Source of the DNA: Eledone cirrhosa
Taxonomy: Eukaryota
Assembly: GCA_964016885.1 (NCBI GenBank)
Contig: OZ024744.1
Coordinates: 65,906,001 to 65,970,000 of the forward strand
DNA: 64,000 nucleotides
Reading direction: 5' to 3'
Each line of letters begins with the position of its first letter. Position 1 is the stretch's first letter. Below, piece by piece: positions 13,212-24,699 of this stretch. The translations under genes were made by a program, and so were the position numbers. The notes beneath the pieces were generated by a model. The model was not told the origin of the DNA, did no database searches, and saw nothing but the letters and a program-made list of their open reading frames with translations.

Positions 13212-13630
13212 AGAATTAAAATACTAGAGTGTGTTGGAGTTAAACACCCTCTTCACATTATAGAAATGACAGTATAATATATAGCTCAATGTAATTAAAC
13301 AGAGCCGAAGAATTATAAAAAGTAAACCAAAGAAGCCTTCAATACATCAAAAGTCTTTATTAGCCAACAATGTTTCGTCCTATTAAGGACTCATCAGGGC
13401 AAGTAAAGCTACAAGAAGCACTATCGGCCAATACAAGCCAAAAACTCAGAAGAATATGGAGTATACATCTATTAAAGCTTAGGAAAGATATCAAGGAAAA
13501 GTTTGGCTTGTATTGGCCGATAGTGCTTCTTGTAGCTTTACTTGTCCTGATGAGTCCTTAATAGGACGAAACATTGTTGGTTAATAAAGACTTTTGATGT
13601 ATTGAAAGCTTCTTTGGTTTACTTTTTATA
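13212..13630. mobile_element. Fold-back element family E
   Basis: Arms 13314-13442/13502-13630 with 59-nt spacer; about 100-nt tail on the left; AATAAA just after the hammerhead. Confidence 0.85.
13544..13581 (+). ncRNA. Minimal type-I hammerhead motif (family E); mirror copy on minus strand at 13363-13400
   Basis: gtc-CTGATGA-GTCCTtaatAGGAC-GAAA-CattG-TT|ggt; the minus arm has a perfect GCC/GGC stem I. Confidence 0.8.
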
Positions 13631-13689
13631 TATATGAATGTATATATATATATACATATACATATATCTATGTACATATATATATATGA

Positions 13690-13751
<62 letters not shown>

Positions 13752-13842
13752 TCATCATCATCATCATCGTAAATTGAGTTAGTCCAGAAATAGCCGTCGA
13801 AACGGCGTGAGCTCTGCCATCGGGGTTAAACATTTTCATATA

Positions 13843-14175
13843 TATCATCATCATCAACGTTTAACATCCATCTTCCACGCTAGCATGGGTTAGACGGGAG
13901 TTGTCCCACTTGAGGCAAGGCTGGTCGGGTGACCGTGTCTCGCTCATATAGGACTATCTGGCAGGTTTTCTACGGCTTGATGCCCTTCCTAACACCAACC
14001 ACATTTACAGTGTGGAACTGGGAACTTTTTACCGTGTTACCTACACGGCCACATTACAGCGTGGACTGTGTGTTTTTTTTGTCGTGACACCTACACGACC
14101 TCATTTATTTAAGACTGGATGTTGTTTACAGAGAAAGGGTGGTGTTGGTGGGAGTGGGAGGATGGAGTAGGGGTA
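13843..14175 (-). mobile_element. RTE 3'UTR fragment
   Basis: Matches 18060-18400 and the reverse complement of 15600-15900; (CAT)n end. Confidence 0.8.
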
Positions 14176-14213
14176 GATATATATATATATACATATATAT
14201 ACATATATATATA

Positions 14214-15903
14214 GGGGTAACTATAGAGGCATTAAATTAATCGACCAGGTCATGAAGGTCACAGAAAAAATAATAGCGCAACTAATCAGAGAACGAATTG
14301 ATCCAGATGAAATGCAGTTCGGGTTTGTGTCAGGTAAAAGTACCGCAGATGCTCTTTTCATTGTACGACAACTACAAGAGAAGTACCTAGCTAAAAGTAA
14401 ACCCTTATACTTAGCTTTTGTTGACTTGGAGAAAGCCTTTGACAGAGTCCCCCGCTCCATTATCTGGTGGGCGCTTAGAAAACTAGGTGTTGATGAATGG
14501 CTTGTGAGAGCTATACAAGCCGTGTATAAAGAAGCAGTCAGCAAGGTTAGAATTAACAACGAATATAGTGAAGAGTTTAGCGTAAAAGTTGGTGTTCATC
14601 AGGGCTCCGTTCTTAGCCCCCTACTATTTATTATTGCCCTTCAGGCTATAACAGAGGAGTTCAAGACCGGTTGCCCATGGGAACTCCTATATGCAGATGA
14701 TCTAACGCTCATAGCTGAATCAATGGCTGAACTAGAGAAGAAATTCCAAACATGGAAGCATGGCCTAGAATCAAAAGGCCTTAAAGTTAACTTGTCTAAG
14801 ACTAAAGTTCTAGTTTGTAGGAAGGAAAATAGGGCACCGGTCCCATCTGGGAAATGGCCATGCTCAGAGTGTAGGAAAGGAGTAGGCAGAAACTCCATTT
14901 TATGTCCCAAATGCAAAGTATGGGTGCATAAAAGATGTAGTGGGATCACAGGTAAGCTAACTAAGAATATAGATTTTATATGTGGCCGGTGCTCTGGTGC
15001 AATAAGTAGCAGCAAGTGCCCACAAAATATTAGCTCATTCCATTGCACAGATGGTACTATAGAAATAGTGGACACCTTCCGTTACCTGGGTGACAAAATC
15101 AACAGTGGGGGAGGGTGCTCTGAAAGTACAGTAGCTAGAGTCAGAACGGGATGGAAAAAGTTCAGAGAGCTTATACCACTATTGGCCGCTAAAGGGTTCT
15201 CTCTAAAAATGAAAGGCAGGCTGTATGATGCCTGCATACGAACAGCAATGTTACATGGCAGTGAGACCTGGGCATTGTGTACAGAGGATCTACGCAGACT
15301 GGAGATGAACGAAGCTTGCATGCTCCGCTGGATGTGTAATAGTAATATACGTGAACGGCAAAGCATAAACGAACTAAGGGAGAAATTAGGGATAAGAGGG
15401 ATCAGATGTTGTTTACTCGAGAGAAGACTTCGTTGGTATGGTCACGTGATGCGCATGAAAGACGACAGCTGTATAAAAAAGTGTAGGGCGATAGAAATAG
15501 ACGGTAGCCACTAAGTATAAAGCAAAACCTACAGTCAGTAGGCACCCCTAACAAAATACACCCTCCCCCCGTCCCACTACCCCCACCCCATCCACACCAC
15601 CCCCTTAAATGTTAAGTTATGTTGGTACCACAACATCCAGTCCAAAACAAATGAGGTCGTGTAGGTGTCACGACAAAAAAACACACAGTCCACGCTGTAA
15701 TATGGCCGTGTAGGTAACACGGTAAAAACCTCCCAGTCCACACTGTAAACGTGGTTGGTGTTAGGAAGGGCATCCAGCCATAGAAAACCCGCCAGACAGT
15801 CCTATACGAGCAGGACAACAAATCTTGCCTCAAGTGGGAAACCTCCCGTCCAAACCCATGCAAGCATGGAAGATGGACGTTAAACGATGATGATGATGAT
15901 GAT
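14214..15903 (+). mobile_element. 5'-truncated RTE LINE with 3'UTR and (GAT)n tail
   Basis: RT ORF plus 3'UTR ending ggacgttaaacgatgatgat; about 135-bp deletion at 15510 relative to the 44847 copy. Confidence 0.92.
14252..15514 (+). pseudogene. Reverse transcriptase (RTE clade) with PHD-like Zn finger, truncated
   Basis: QFGF, FVDLEKAFD, GVHQGSVLSP, LYADD, FRYLG, LRWYGHV motifs. Confidence 0.92.
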
Positions 15904-16102
15904 ATATATATATGTATATATGCATGTATGTGTGCAAGATGCATACATGCATGTATGTATGTAAATATATGCATATACGCATGTATCTATCTATGTATAT
16001 GGACATATTCATATATATATATATATATGCATATATAATGATGATGATGCTGATATACACACACATATATCTATGTACATATATATATATATATATATAT
16101 GA

Positions 16103-16251
<149 letters not shown>

Positions 16252-16253
16252 TA

Positions 16254-16292
<39 letters not shown>

Positions 16293-16386
16293 TTATATAT
16301 ATATATATATATACTTATATATAAATATATATGTATATGCATACATACACACACACATATATATGTATATGGATACACACACACAG

Positions 16387-16417
<31 letters not shown>

Positions 16418-16914
16418 AAGGCACTTCACTTAGCACACACTTGTAAGGTTGTGAGTTTGCTTCCTGAACCAGGTAATGTGTTGTGTTCTTGAGCAATACA
16501 CTTTATTTCACATTATCCAGTCCACTTAACTGGCAAAAATGAGTTGTACTTGTAATTGAAAGGACTGGCCTTGTCAAACACTGTGTCACACTGACTCTTC
16601 CTGTTGATTGAATCAACTGGAGCATTCATCAACAGAATTGCTGGAGGACTAACAACAACATATGGGTGTGTGTGTGTACATATTCATATATAATATGAAT
16701 ATCATGAATATATGTGTGAGCACATAGAAATACTCGAGTGCGCAGTTAGCCCACCGGGAGCAAGAGACTCATAGTTTTTGTTAGAACATCATTCTAGGAG
16801 AAAGGAAACTCTGATATAAAACCTACCACTTCATGGCAGCCAATGATTTTGACTTTTTTAGATGCCTATCACCATTGCTCAGAGACTGGGATTGGTTCAG
16901 TGCAAGGCCTTTCA

Positions 16915-17248
16915 TCATCATTTCCTTTTACGTCCGCTTTTCCCTGCTTGCAAGGGTGGGACGGGAACTGATTCTGGCTTGATTTCTACAGCTGGATGCC
17001 CTTCCTAACACCAATCTCATTTACAGTGAGTGCTGGGTGCTTTTTTGCTGTGGCACCTGCACGACCACTTTACAGTGGAATGATAAGGACCCCAGTCCCT
17101 ATCATCTCATTGCTACAGCTGAGTAAACTGGAGCAATGTGAAATAAAGTGTCTTGCTCAAGGAAACAACACATCACTCGGTCTGAGAATTGAACTCACAA
17201 CCTTTCGATTGCAAGGCCAATGCTCTAACCACTAAGCCATGTACCTCC
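16915..17248 (-). mobile_element. tRNA-SINE with RTE-derived 3' end
   Basis: Reverse complement of 24261-24584. Confidence 0.85.
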
Positions 17249-17677
17249 ATAAAATATTTCAAGCAGAGGCATCACTTGATCTAAACAACTTTCATGTGTG
17301 TTGTGTTTTTTTCTTTCACTGCAGCATATGCAGAAAGGAATCTAGAACATAGGGAACTTGGGAATCTACATATATGTATATATAATCTGTGACCATAAGC
17401 TACCACCAGTGACTCTTAGAACTGGCTAGCTTAACAAGTGACCTAATTCACCACATTTCTACAAAACACTTCTTACGTAAATTTGAGAAAAATTTTCCAT
17501 ACCCCAGTACACCTGTACACCCTTTAAAAGGCTTGCTGAATACAACCTGAAACCACTAGGCGCTGTGATCGAGATTTTCCTCTCTCTCGCTCTCTTTCAC
17601 TATCTCTCTCTGTCACTCTACTCCTCTGTCTCTCTCTCTATATTTTATTATTATTATTATTATAATATATATATATA

Positions 17678-17968
17678 TAACAAAAAATAGACATTCGTGT
17701 GATCAAGTATATTTTATTATAAATATTTCAGAGGTACTGAGCTAACTTCAACAGTACGTCCTCATTATCTGATGAGGACGTACTGTTGAAGATAGCTCAG
17801 TACCTTTGAAATATGTATAATAAAATATACTTGATCACACGAATGTCTATTTTATGTTAATATTTTGAATTAATATTAATAACTCCGGAAAACCATTCTG
17901 TTGAGTGCTTCCAATCTATTGTAAAACTCATTCTTTGATTTATTCATTGAACCTTGTTTAACCTTTAA
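17678..17968. mobile_element. Fold-back element family C with plus-strand hammerhead
   Basis: Arms 17678-17765/17772-17859; ttat-CTGATGA(17769)-ggacGTACTG...CAGTACcttt-GAAA-TAtgTA-TA|ATAA; tail to 17968. Confidence 0.82.
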
Positions 17969-18057
17969 ATATATATATATATATATATATAAAATATTAA
18001 ACAAATAATGAATAAAACAATGAAACAGTTCCTTATATTAAACAAAAAAAGTTCATT

Positions 18058-18655
18058 CATCATCATCTTCGTTTAACGTCCATCTTCCACGCTAGCATGG
18101 GTTAGACGGGAGTTGTCCCACTTGAGGCAAGATTGGTCAGATGACCATGTCTCGCTTGTATAGGATTATCTGGCAGGTTTTCTACGGCTGAATGCCCTTC
18201 CTAATACCAACCACGTTTACAGTGGGGACTGGGAACTTTTTACCGTGTTACCTATACGACCACATTACAGTTTGGAATGTGTGTTTTTTTGTCGTGACAC
18301 CTACACGATCTCATTAGTTTGGACTGGATGTTGTGGTACCAGCATAACTTTATAGAGAAAGGGTGGTGTTGGCGGGAGTGGGAGGTTGTAGTGGGTTGGG
18401 GTGTTTGTTTGGTTTGGAGGGCCTACTGAGTGAAAGTTAACTTTGCACATAGGGAAGGTGGGTCTTCTGTATTACTGCGTAGCGCCAAAGATCTCGATCC
18501 AGTGACATTGTCTTAGAGAGGTGCAAGTGTGTAAGGTCGGAATTTATCAGATCGTTCCAGGTTTTCTGGATCTACCTACTCCGTAACTACCATCAATTTT
18601 GATCGCCCTGCACTTTTTTATACAGCTGTCGTCTTTCATGCGCATCACGTGACCT
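18058..18655 (-). mobile_element. RTE LINE 3' end (ORF C-terminus plus UTR)
   Basis: Reverse complement of 45240-45815. Confidence 0.85.
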
Positions 18656-18797
18656 ATATATTTATATATATATAGTTGTTTCTACTTTTAGCACACATAA
18701 TATAACAATATTTGTTTCAACACATGATTTCATATAAAAACACCTTGCAAAATAAATTCATCGCCATATATCTATCTATCTATATATATACTTATCC

Positions 18798-19172
18798 TTT
18801 TTTTCAAATACCACTTTGGAAGAAGAATCAGGATGGAGAGAGAGGTGTTGTACGCCAGCAAGTTTTATGAAAGGTGGGTGAAAGTGGCGAGAATGGCCGG
18901 AGTGAATGGGCCTTCTCTCTATATCAGCCTGTAGGTTGAGGAAAAAGAGGAAGAGAGGAAAGGGTACAAACTCTTCGTACTCCTGGAGATGAAGGTTGCA
19001 CATTTTTTCGGGGGTATGTGTTACCCATATAAACTGTCTCCCCCTATTGGGGAAAATCGACTAATTTTTTAAATTGCATTTGTGATAACATTTTACATGT
19101 TTTTATTGTATGTAAACTTCCCCCTTTGTATTTATCCCCTTCTTTTGTGCCCCTGTGGCTAATAAAGAAACA
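18798..19172 (+). mobile_element. Tx1/L1-like LINE 3' fragment with 21-bp direct flanks
   Basis: Matches 57680-58055; flanked by tatctatatatatacttatcc at 18777-18797 and 19173-19193. Confidence 0.85.
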
Positions 19173-19193
19173 TATCTATATATATACTTATCC

Positions 19194-19566
19194 CCTTCTT
19201 TAAGTATCACTTCAGAAGGAAGGTGAGAGTGGAGAGAGAGGTGCTACACCCCAGTAAATTCGCTGAAAGGTGGGTGAATGTGGCGAAAATGGCCCGAGTG
19301 AATGGGCCTTCTCTGTATATAAACCTGTAGATTGAGGACGATAAACAGAGGGAAGACAGGAACACCTAAAAAACGTATTCCTGGTGTTGAGGGTTGTTCT
19401 ATCCACGGGGTGTAAAACAACCCTGCAGTAATATTCCCCCCACTATTGGTGATTTCAATTGTTATTTTATTATATATAGTTTATTGTTATTTATTAATGT
19501 TAAAGTTAATTTTATATAAAACCCCCGCTGTCATGTTTTGTACACCCCTGTGGAAAATAAAGAAAG
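19194..19566 (+). mobile_element. Tx1/L1-like 3' fragment (different subfamily)
   Basis: Similar to 28785-29170; ends AATAAAGAAA. Confidence 0.8.
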
Positions 19567-19728
19567 ATATCTATATATATACATACATATTACAAAATAA
19601 AGGGAATTCCTTGGTACAGAAGTTAACAAGGACTTACCAGAACTAATATCAATAATGACTTATAAAGATTTGAATTATTAAAGAACATCAACCACCAATG
19701 CAGACATTCTTTGCCTTTTTTCAAAAAG

Positions 19729-19759
<31 letters not shown>

Positions 19760-19784
19760 TATGTATATATGTGTGCGTGTGTGT

Positions 19785-19925
19785 GAATCCCAGGTTCAGT
19801 CGTGTCTGGCCATGTTTAGTAAGGTACTGAATACATTACTAGAGTGTGAACATCAAGTTTAATATAGAAATGGCTTCTACAGGTCTAGAACTGTTTCATT
19901 CAAAAGAAATCACCAGGAAAGCCCC
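19785..19925 (-). mobile_element. Family B single arm with degenerate hammerhead (CTGGTGA)
   Basis: Minus strand: ggctttc-CTGGTGA-tttcttttgaat-GAAA-cagttctagacctgTA-gaagcc. Confidence 0.7.
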
Positions 19926-19943
19926 CCGCCCCCTCCTGCCCCC

Positions 19944-19986
<43 letters not shown>

Positions 19987-19999
19987 TAGATAGATATAT

Positions 20000-20455
20000 T
20001 TGTTTATTAGCCACAGGGGCACAAAAGAAGGGGACAAATACAAAGGGGGAAGTTTACATACAATAAAAACGTGTAAAATGTTATCACAGATGGAATTTAA
20101 AAGTTAGTCGATTTTCCCCAATAGAGGGAGACAGTTTATATGGGTAACACATACCCCCGAAAAAATGTGCAACCCTCATCTCCAGGAGTACGAAGAGCTT
20201 GTACTCCTTTCCTCTCCTCCTCCTTTTCCTCAACCTACAGGCTGATATAGAGAGAAGGCCCATTCACTCGAGCCATTCTCGCCACTTTCACCCACCTTTC
20301 ATAAAACTTGCTGGGGTACAACACCTCTCTCTCCATCCTGATTCTTCTTCCAAAGTGGTATTTGAAAAAAAGAATCAGTTGTTGGCCGGAGAGAAAGGTG
20401 TCTGACCTCAGCCCTTTCAACCTTGTCCACCATACAACCTCTTTCGCCATAGCTA
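20000..20455 (-). mobile_element. Tx1/L1-like 3' fragment
   Basis: MAKEVVWWTRLKGLRSDTFL...; reverse complement of 57600-58055. Confidence 0.88.
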
Positions 20456-20461
20456 AGATAG

Positions 20462-20552
<91 letters not shown>

Positions 20553-21581
20553 GAGAGATAGAGATAGAGAGAGAGATTCAAAACCAGTGAGCTTGTTAAT
20601 ATTTAAGTAAAAGCCCACAATATAGCAGAGTGTTGTTTAAAACCTCTGGTATCTGACTCAACCATTTAAGAGATATGTAGGTTTGCCAAGATGCCAAGAT
20701 GTTGATACTATCATAAAAATATAATACCTGGAGATAGCAGTGATTGTTAATAAATAGGAACATGTGAAAACCTGTGGTAGGGGGTAGAACACCTGGGGCA
20801 TAACAGTGATTGCTCTGATTGCTTAACATATGGCTCCAGGTGAAAACCTTTGGCAGGATTGAATGAACAATTAGAAATAGTAGTGTAGTTATTGCTGCTA
20901 AATAGACAAGATTTAAGCCAGGTGAGGACCTATGATAAGGTAGGCAGATCATCTGATGATAATAATGATAATAATAATAATGAAATTATTGTGTAAAGTG
21001 CTCAGGTGCACTACAACTCGTCAATATAGTACATAGAATAATACACAAATGTCAGGGAAGTACATGTGTGTATGTGTTAGCTGTAGTGTTGGCGGATCTC
21101 GGGAAGCATGGAGGCCTTAAAGGATGCAGTGTCTCGACAGCTAACAACTGATGCAGGTAGTTTGTTCCATGCTTCAGCAACTCTGAGCGGGGATTGTTAA
21201 TAAATGAAACCATCACTGTAAAGGCTTTATTTCATATAATTATCTCACATAATATCAAATCTATGAGATTTTGATGTTATTTATTTTGAGAACAATATCT
21301 TCACATAAGTATGAGCAGCTGGTTAAGGCCAGTTTGAACAGAAAGAGGTGAAAAAATTCTGGCCAGATATGGCTGATTTAAATGCTAAAGGGGTTAAGTT
21401 TTCTTTTATCTTTCTTTTCCGCATTTATGTAATCATCAAAAGTTTTTAAGCCAGCTTTATGAATAAAGGTCTTAGGAGTGAAATTGGATAGATGGAAACT
21501 GTCAGACTGAACCTGTAATTCAAAGAGCCAGCCTTATCCCAACACATACACTGTGTCTTGCTGAGTCTTTCTGTGAGTTAT

Positions 21582-21811
21582 ATTAACCCTTTAGCATTTA
21601 CATTACTCTATATTTACTATTGTATTTTCATGGTAAAGGCTTTACCTCACATAATTATCCCACATAATATGGAATCTATGAGATTTTGATATTATTTATT
21701 TTGGGAACAATACCTTAACATAAGTCTGAGCAGCTGGTTAAGGCTGGTTTGAACAGAAAGAGTTGAGAGAATTCTGGCTGGATACGGCCGGTTTAGATGC
21801 TAAAGGGTTAA
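21582..21811. mobile_element. TTAA-flanked MITE
   Basis: TIR ttaaccctttagcat / atgctaaagggttaa; partial copies at 21215-21397 and 21940-22010. Confidence 0.75.
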
Positions 21812-22574
21812 AATGATAAATTACTGATAAAGTGACAAAATAATACTGCTAAGTCCAACAGGTATTAACTCTTTTGTTACTGTATTTCTAATGAAATACA
21901 CTGTCTATGTGCTTCAGTTAATTTTGGAAATAACCAATCATGAGCAGCAGGTAAGGCCAGTTTGAACAGAAAGAGGCAAGAGAATTCTGGCCAAATATGG
22001 CCGGTTAAAGATGGATTCTCAGATAGGTATAACACATGGAGATAGCAGAGATTGCTAATAGATATAGTCTACTGTTCCAACTGATAGTTGGTAAAAACTG
22101 GCTCCTCAGCAGCTCCTCAGGGCCTATGATAGGGGTGGTCAGCCGGTACTTTGTTCTGGGGCTCAGGATCTAAGAAGGTCCCACAACAACCATGCAACAT
22201 CTATTTTGAGAAAAGTCTTTGCCTGCTTCGTGCCCCACAGGGGTCTTGTACTGACTTGCAAAATTTCTTTTGGAGACCCTGTCTGCAACTAGTGCACCAG
22301 TTTCAGCATTTCTAAACTACAATGACAGTTGATAGGCTTTCATCAAATCGGACCAGGGGAACAATGTTTCCGTTGGTCTTTCCAATTGCTAATACTATCT
22401 ATCGGTTGCAACTCTAGGTAGAAGGAGCAACGTGAAATAAAGTGTCTTGCTCAAGGACATAACGCATCGCCCGATCCAGGAATTGAACTCGCAACCTCAC
22501 GATTGCGGATCCAATTCTCTAACCACTCAGCCACACACTTTCAATAAACTACAACAACAATAATAATAATAATA

Positions 22575-22950
22575 ATTGTTTCTACTTTTGGCACGAGGCC
22601 AGCAATTATCCCAGTGTATTACTGGTACTTTATTTTATTGAAAGGCAAAGTTAACTTCAGTGGGATTTGAACTCAGAACATAAAGGGCCATAACACTATG
22701 CTGCAAAGCATGGTGTCTGACGCTCTACCGATACATCCAATTTCTTCCTTTTACAATGATAATTGTTTCTACTTTTGGCACAAGGCCAGCAATTAACCAG
22801 TACATTACTGGTACTTTATTTTATCGACCCCGCAAGGATGAAAGGCAAAGTTAACCTCGGCGGGATTTGAACTCAGATCATAAAGGGACGTAACTCTATG
22901 CTGCAAAGCATTGTGTCCGACTCTCTATCGATACTGCCAATCCACCGCCC
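22575..22950 (-). mobile_element. Two tandem tRNA-SINEs (Meta-like middle domain, ATT tail)
   Basis: Minus strand AACTTTGCCTTTCATCC...GGGGTCGATAAAATAAAGTACCAG; copies at 47950-48060, 49582-49775, 50812-51030, 53765-53925, 59105-59295, 60600-60770 and 63925-64000. Confidence 0.75.
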
Positions 22951-22956
22951 TCAATG

Positions 22957-22996
<40 letters not shown>

Positions 22997-24215
22997 AAAT
23001 TATTGTGTACAGTGCTCAGGTGCACTACAACTCATCAAAGTTGCATGTATAGTACATAGAATAATGTAGAAATGTCAGGAAAGTGAACAGTGTATGAGTC
23101 ATGATATATAATGCAAAGAACTACTCAATGCAGCAGCTACCTTTCTTCCATTCATCACCTTTGTAATGCCTCTCTCCCCACCACCACACCCCAACGTTTG
23201 CCCACCCCCCTCCCACCGTTTGCCCAAAGTCTGTTCTAAACAATTATTTCACATCTCCTCCTCCTGCTGCCACCTCCCACCACTATATATAACTAAACTA
23301 TAACTTTCTTCTCCTTCCTACAAATAACCATATAAACATATAAACACAGACACACACATACATAAACAAAGATTTAGTGTGTGTGTGTCTGCGTGTTGTA
23401 GGTGTGTGTTGTGTGTGTGTGTGTGTGTCTGTATGTGTATGTGTTGTGCATATGTGTGTCTGTGTGGTGCATATGTGTGTGTGTGTGTGTGTGCGTGCGT
23501 GGTGAATATGTGTGTGTGGTGCATATGTGTGTGTATGGTGCATATATGTGTGTGGTGCATATGTGTGTGTGTGTGTGGTGCATATGTGTGTGTGTGTGGT
23601 GCATATGTGTGTGTGGTGTGTGTGGTGCATACGTGTGTGAGTGTGTGTGGTGCATATGTGTGTGTATGTGTGTGTATCTGTGTGTGTGTATGCTTGTATA
23701 ATACCTCATTCCCTATTTACCTATATTTAGCTACCCACCCTCCCAACCAAACCCACTAACCCATTCACCCACCTTTCCACCCGTGTATTCACACCTACCT
23801 ACCTTCCAACCCATCCACCCATCCACCTACCTACCTGCCTACCTACCAACCTATCTATATATCTATTTATCTACCTACCTATCTACCTACCTACCTACCT
23901 ATCTACCTACCTACCAACCTATATATCTATTTAACTACCTACCTACCTACCTACCTATCAACCTAGCTACCTGCCTACCTATCTACCTACTTACTTACCC
24001 ATCCACCTATCTAACTTTCTGCTTCCCACTCTATCTACCCCCCCCCCCCCAACACATCAAACCTCCCTTACACCCACATACCGTTTGGCTACCAACCAAC
24101 CAACTAACCAGCCAGCCAGCCAATCAACCAACCAACTTACCAACCAAGCCAGCCACAGCTAGCTAGCCAACCAACCTATCTACTTCCTCCCCTTCATACC
24201 TACCTACCCACCTAC

Positions 24216-24260
<45 letters not shown>

Positions 24261-24261
<1 letters not shown>

Positions 24262-24584
24262 GCACATGGCTTAGTGGTTAGAGCATTGGGCTTGCAATGG
24301 AAAGGTTGTGAGTTCAATTCCGGGTGATGTGTTGTTTCCTTGAGCAAGACACTTTATTTCACATTGCTCCAGTTTACTCAGCTGTAGAAATGAGATGATA
24401 GGGACTGGAGTCCTAACATTCCACTGCAAAGTGGTCGTGGAGGTGCCACGGCAAAAAAGCACCCAGCACTCACTGTAAATGAGGTTGGTGTTAGGAAGGG
24501 CATCCAGCTGTAGAAATCAAGCCAGCATCAGTTCCCGTCCCACCCTTGCAAGCAGGGAAAAAGCGGACGTAAAATGAAAATGAT
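24261..24584 (+). mobile_element. Full-length tRNA-SINE with RTE-derived tail
   Basis: TGGCTTAGTGG A box, GTTCAATTCC B box, cttgagcaagacacttt core, then ggttggtgttaggaagggcatccagctgtagaaa shared with the RTE 3'UTR; copy at 53079-53397 (minus). Confidence 0.85.
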
Positions 24585-24699
24585 ATATATACACAAATTA
24601 AAATGAAGAATTAGAAATAGAAGCCAGGACTACTACATCAGTGGTCTACTAACCATCATAGGTATTTCTTCGCATTAAAGATCAGACACCTCAAGCTAG

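Noticed and set aside
13843-15903. RTE with twin-primed inverted 5' end
   Set aside because: The two UTRs differ at many diagnostic positions and are separated by TA repeat, so independent insertions are more likely
20596-20952. 118-aa minus-strand ORF
   Set aside because: No recognisable motif; probably old repeat debris
24261-24325. tRNA genes (also 9540-9603 and 49582-49675)
   Set aside because: A/B boxes run into SINE bodies with no acceptor-stem closure
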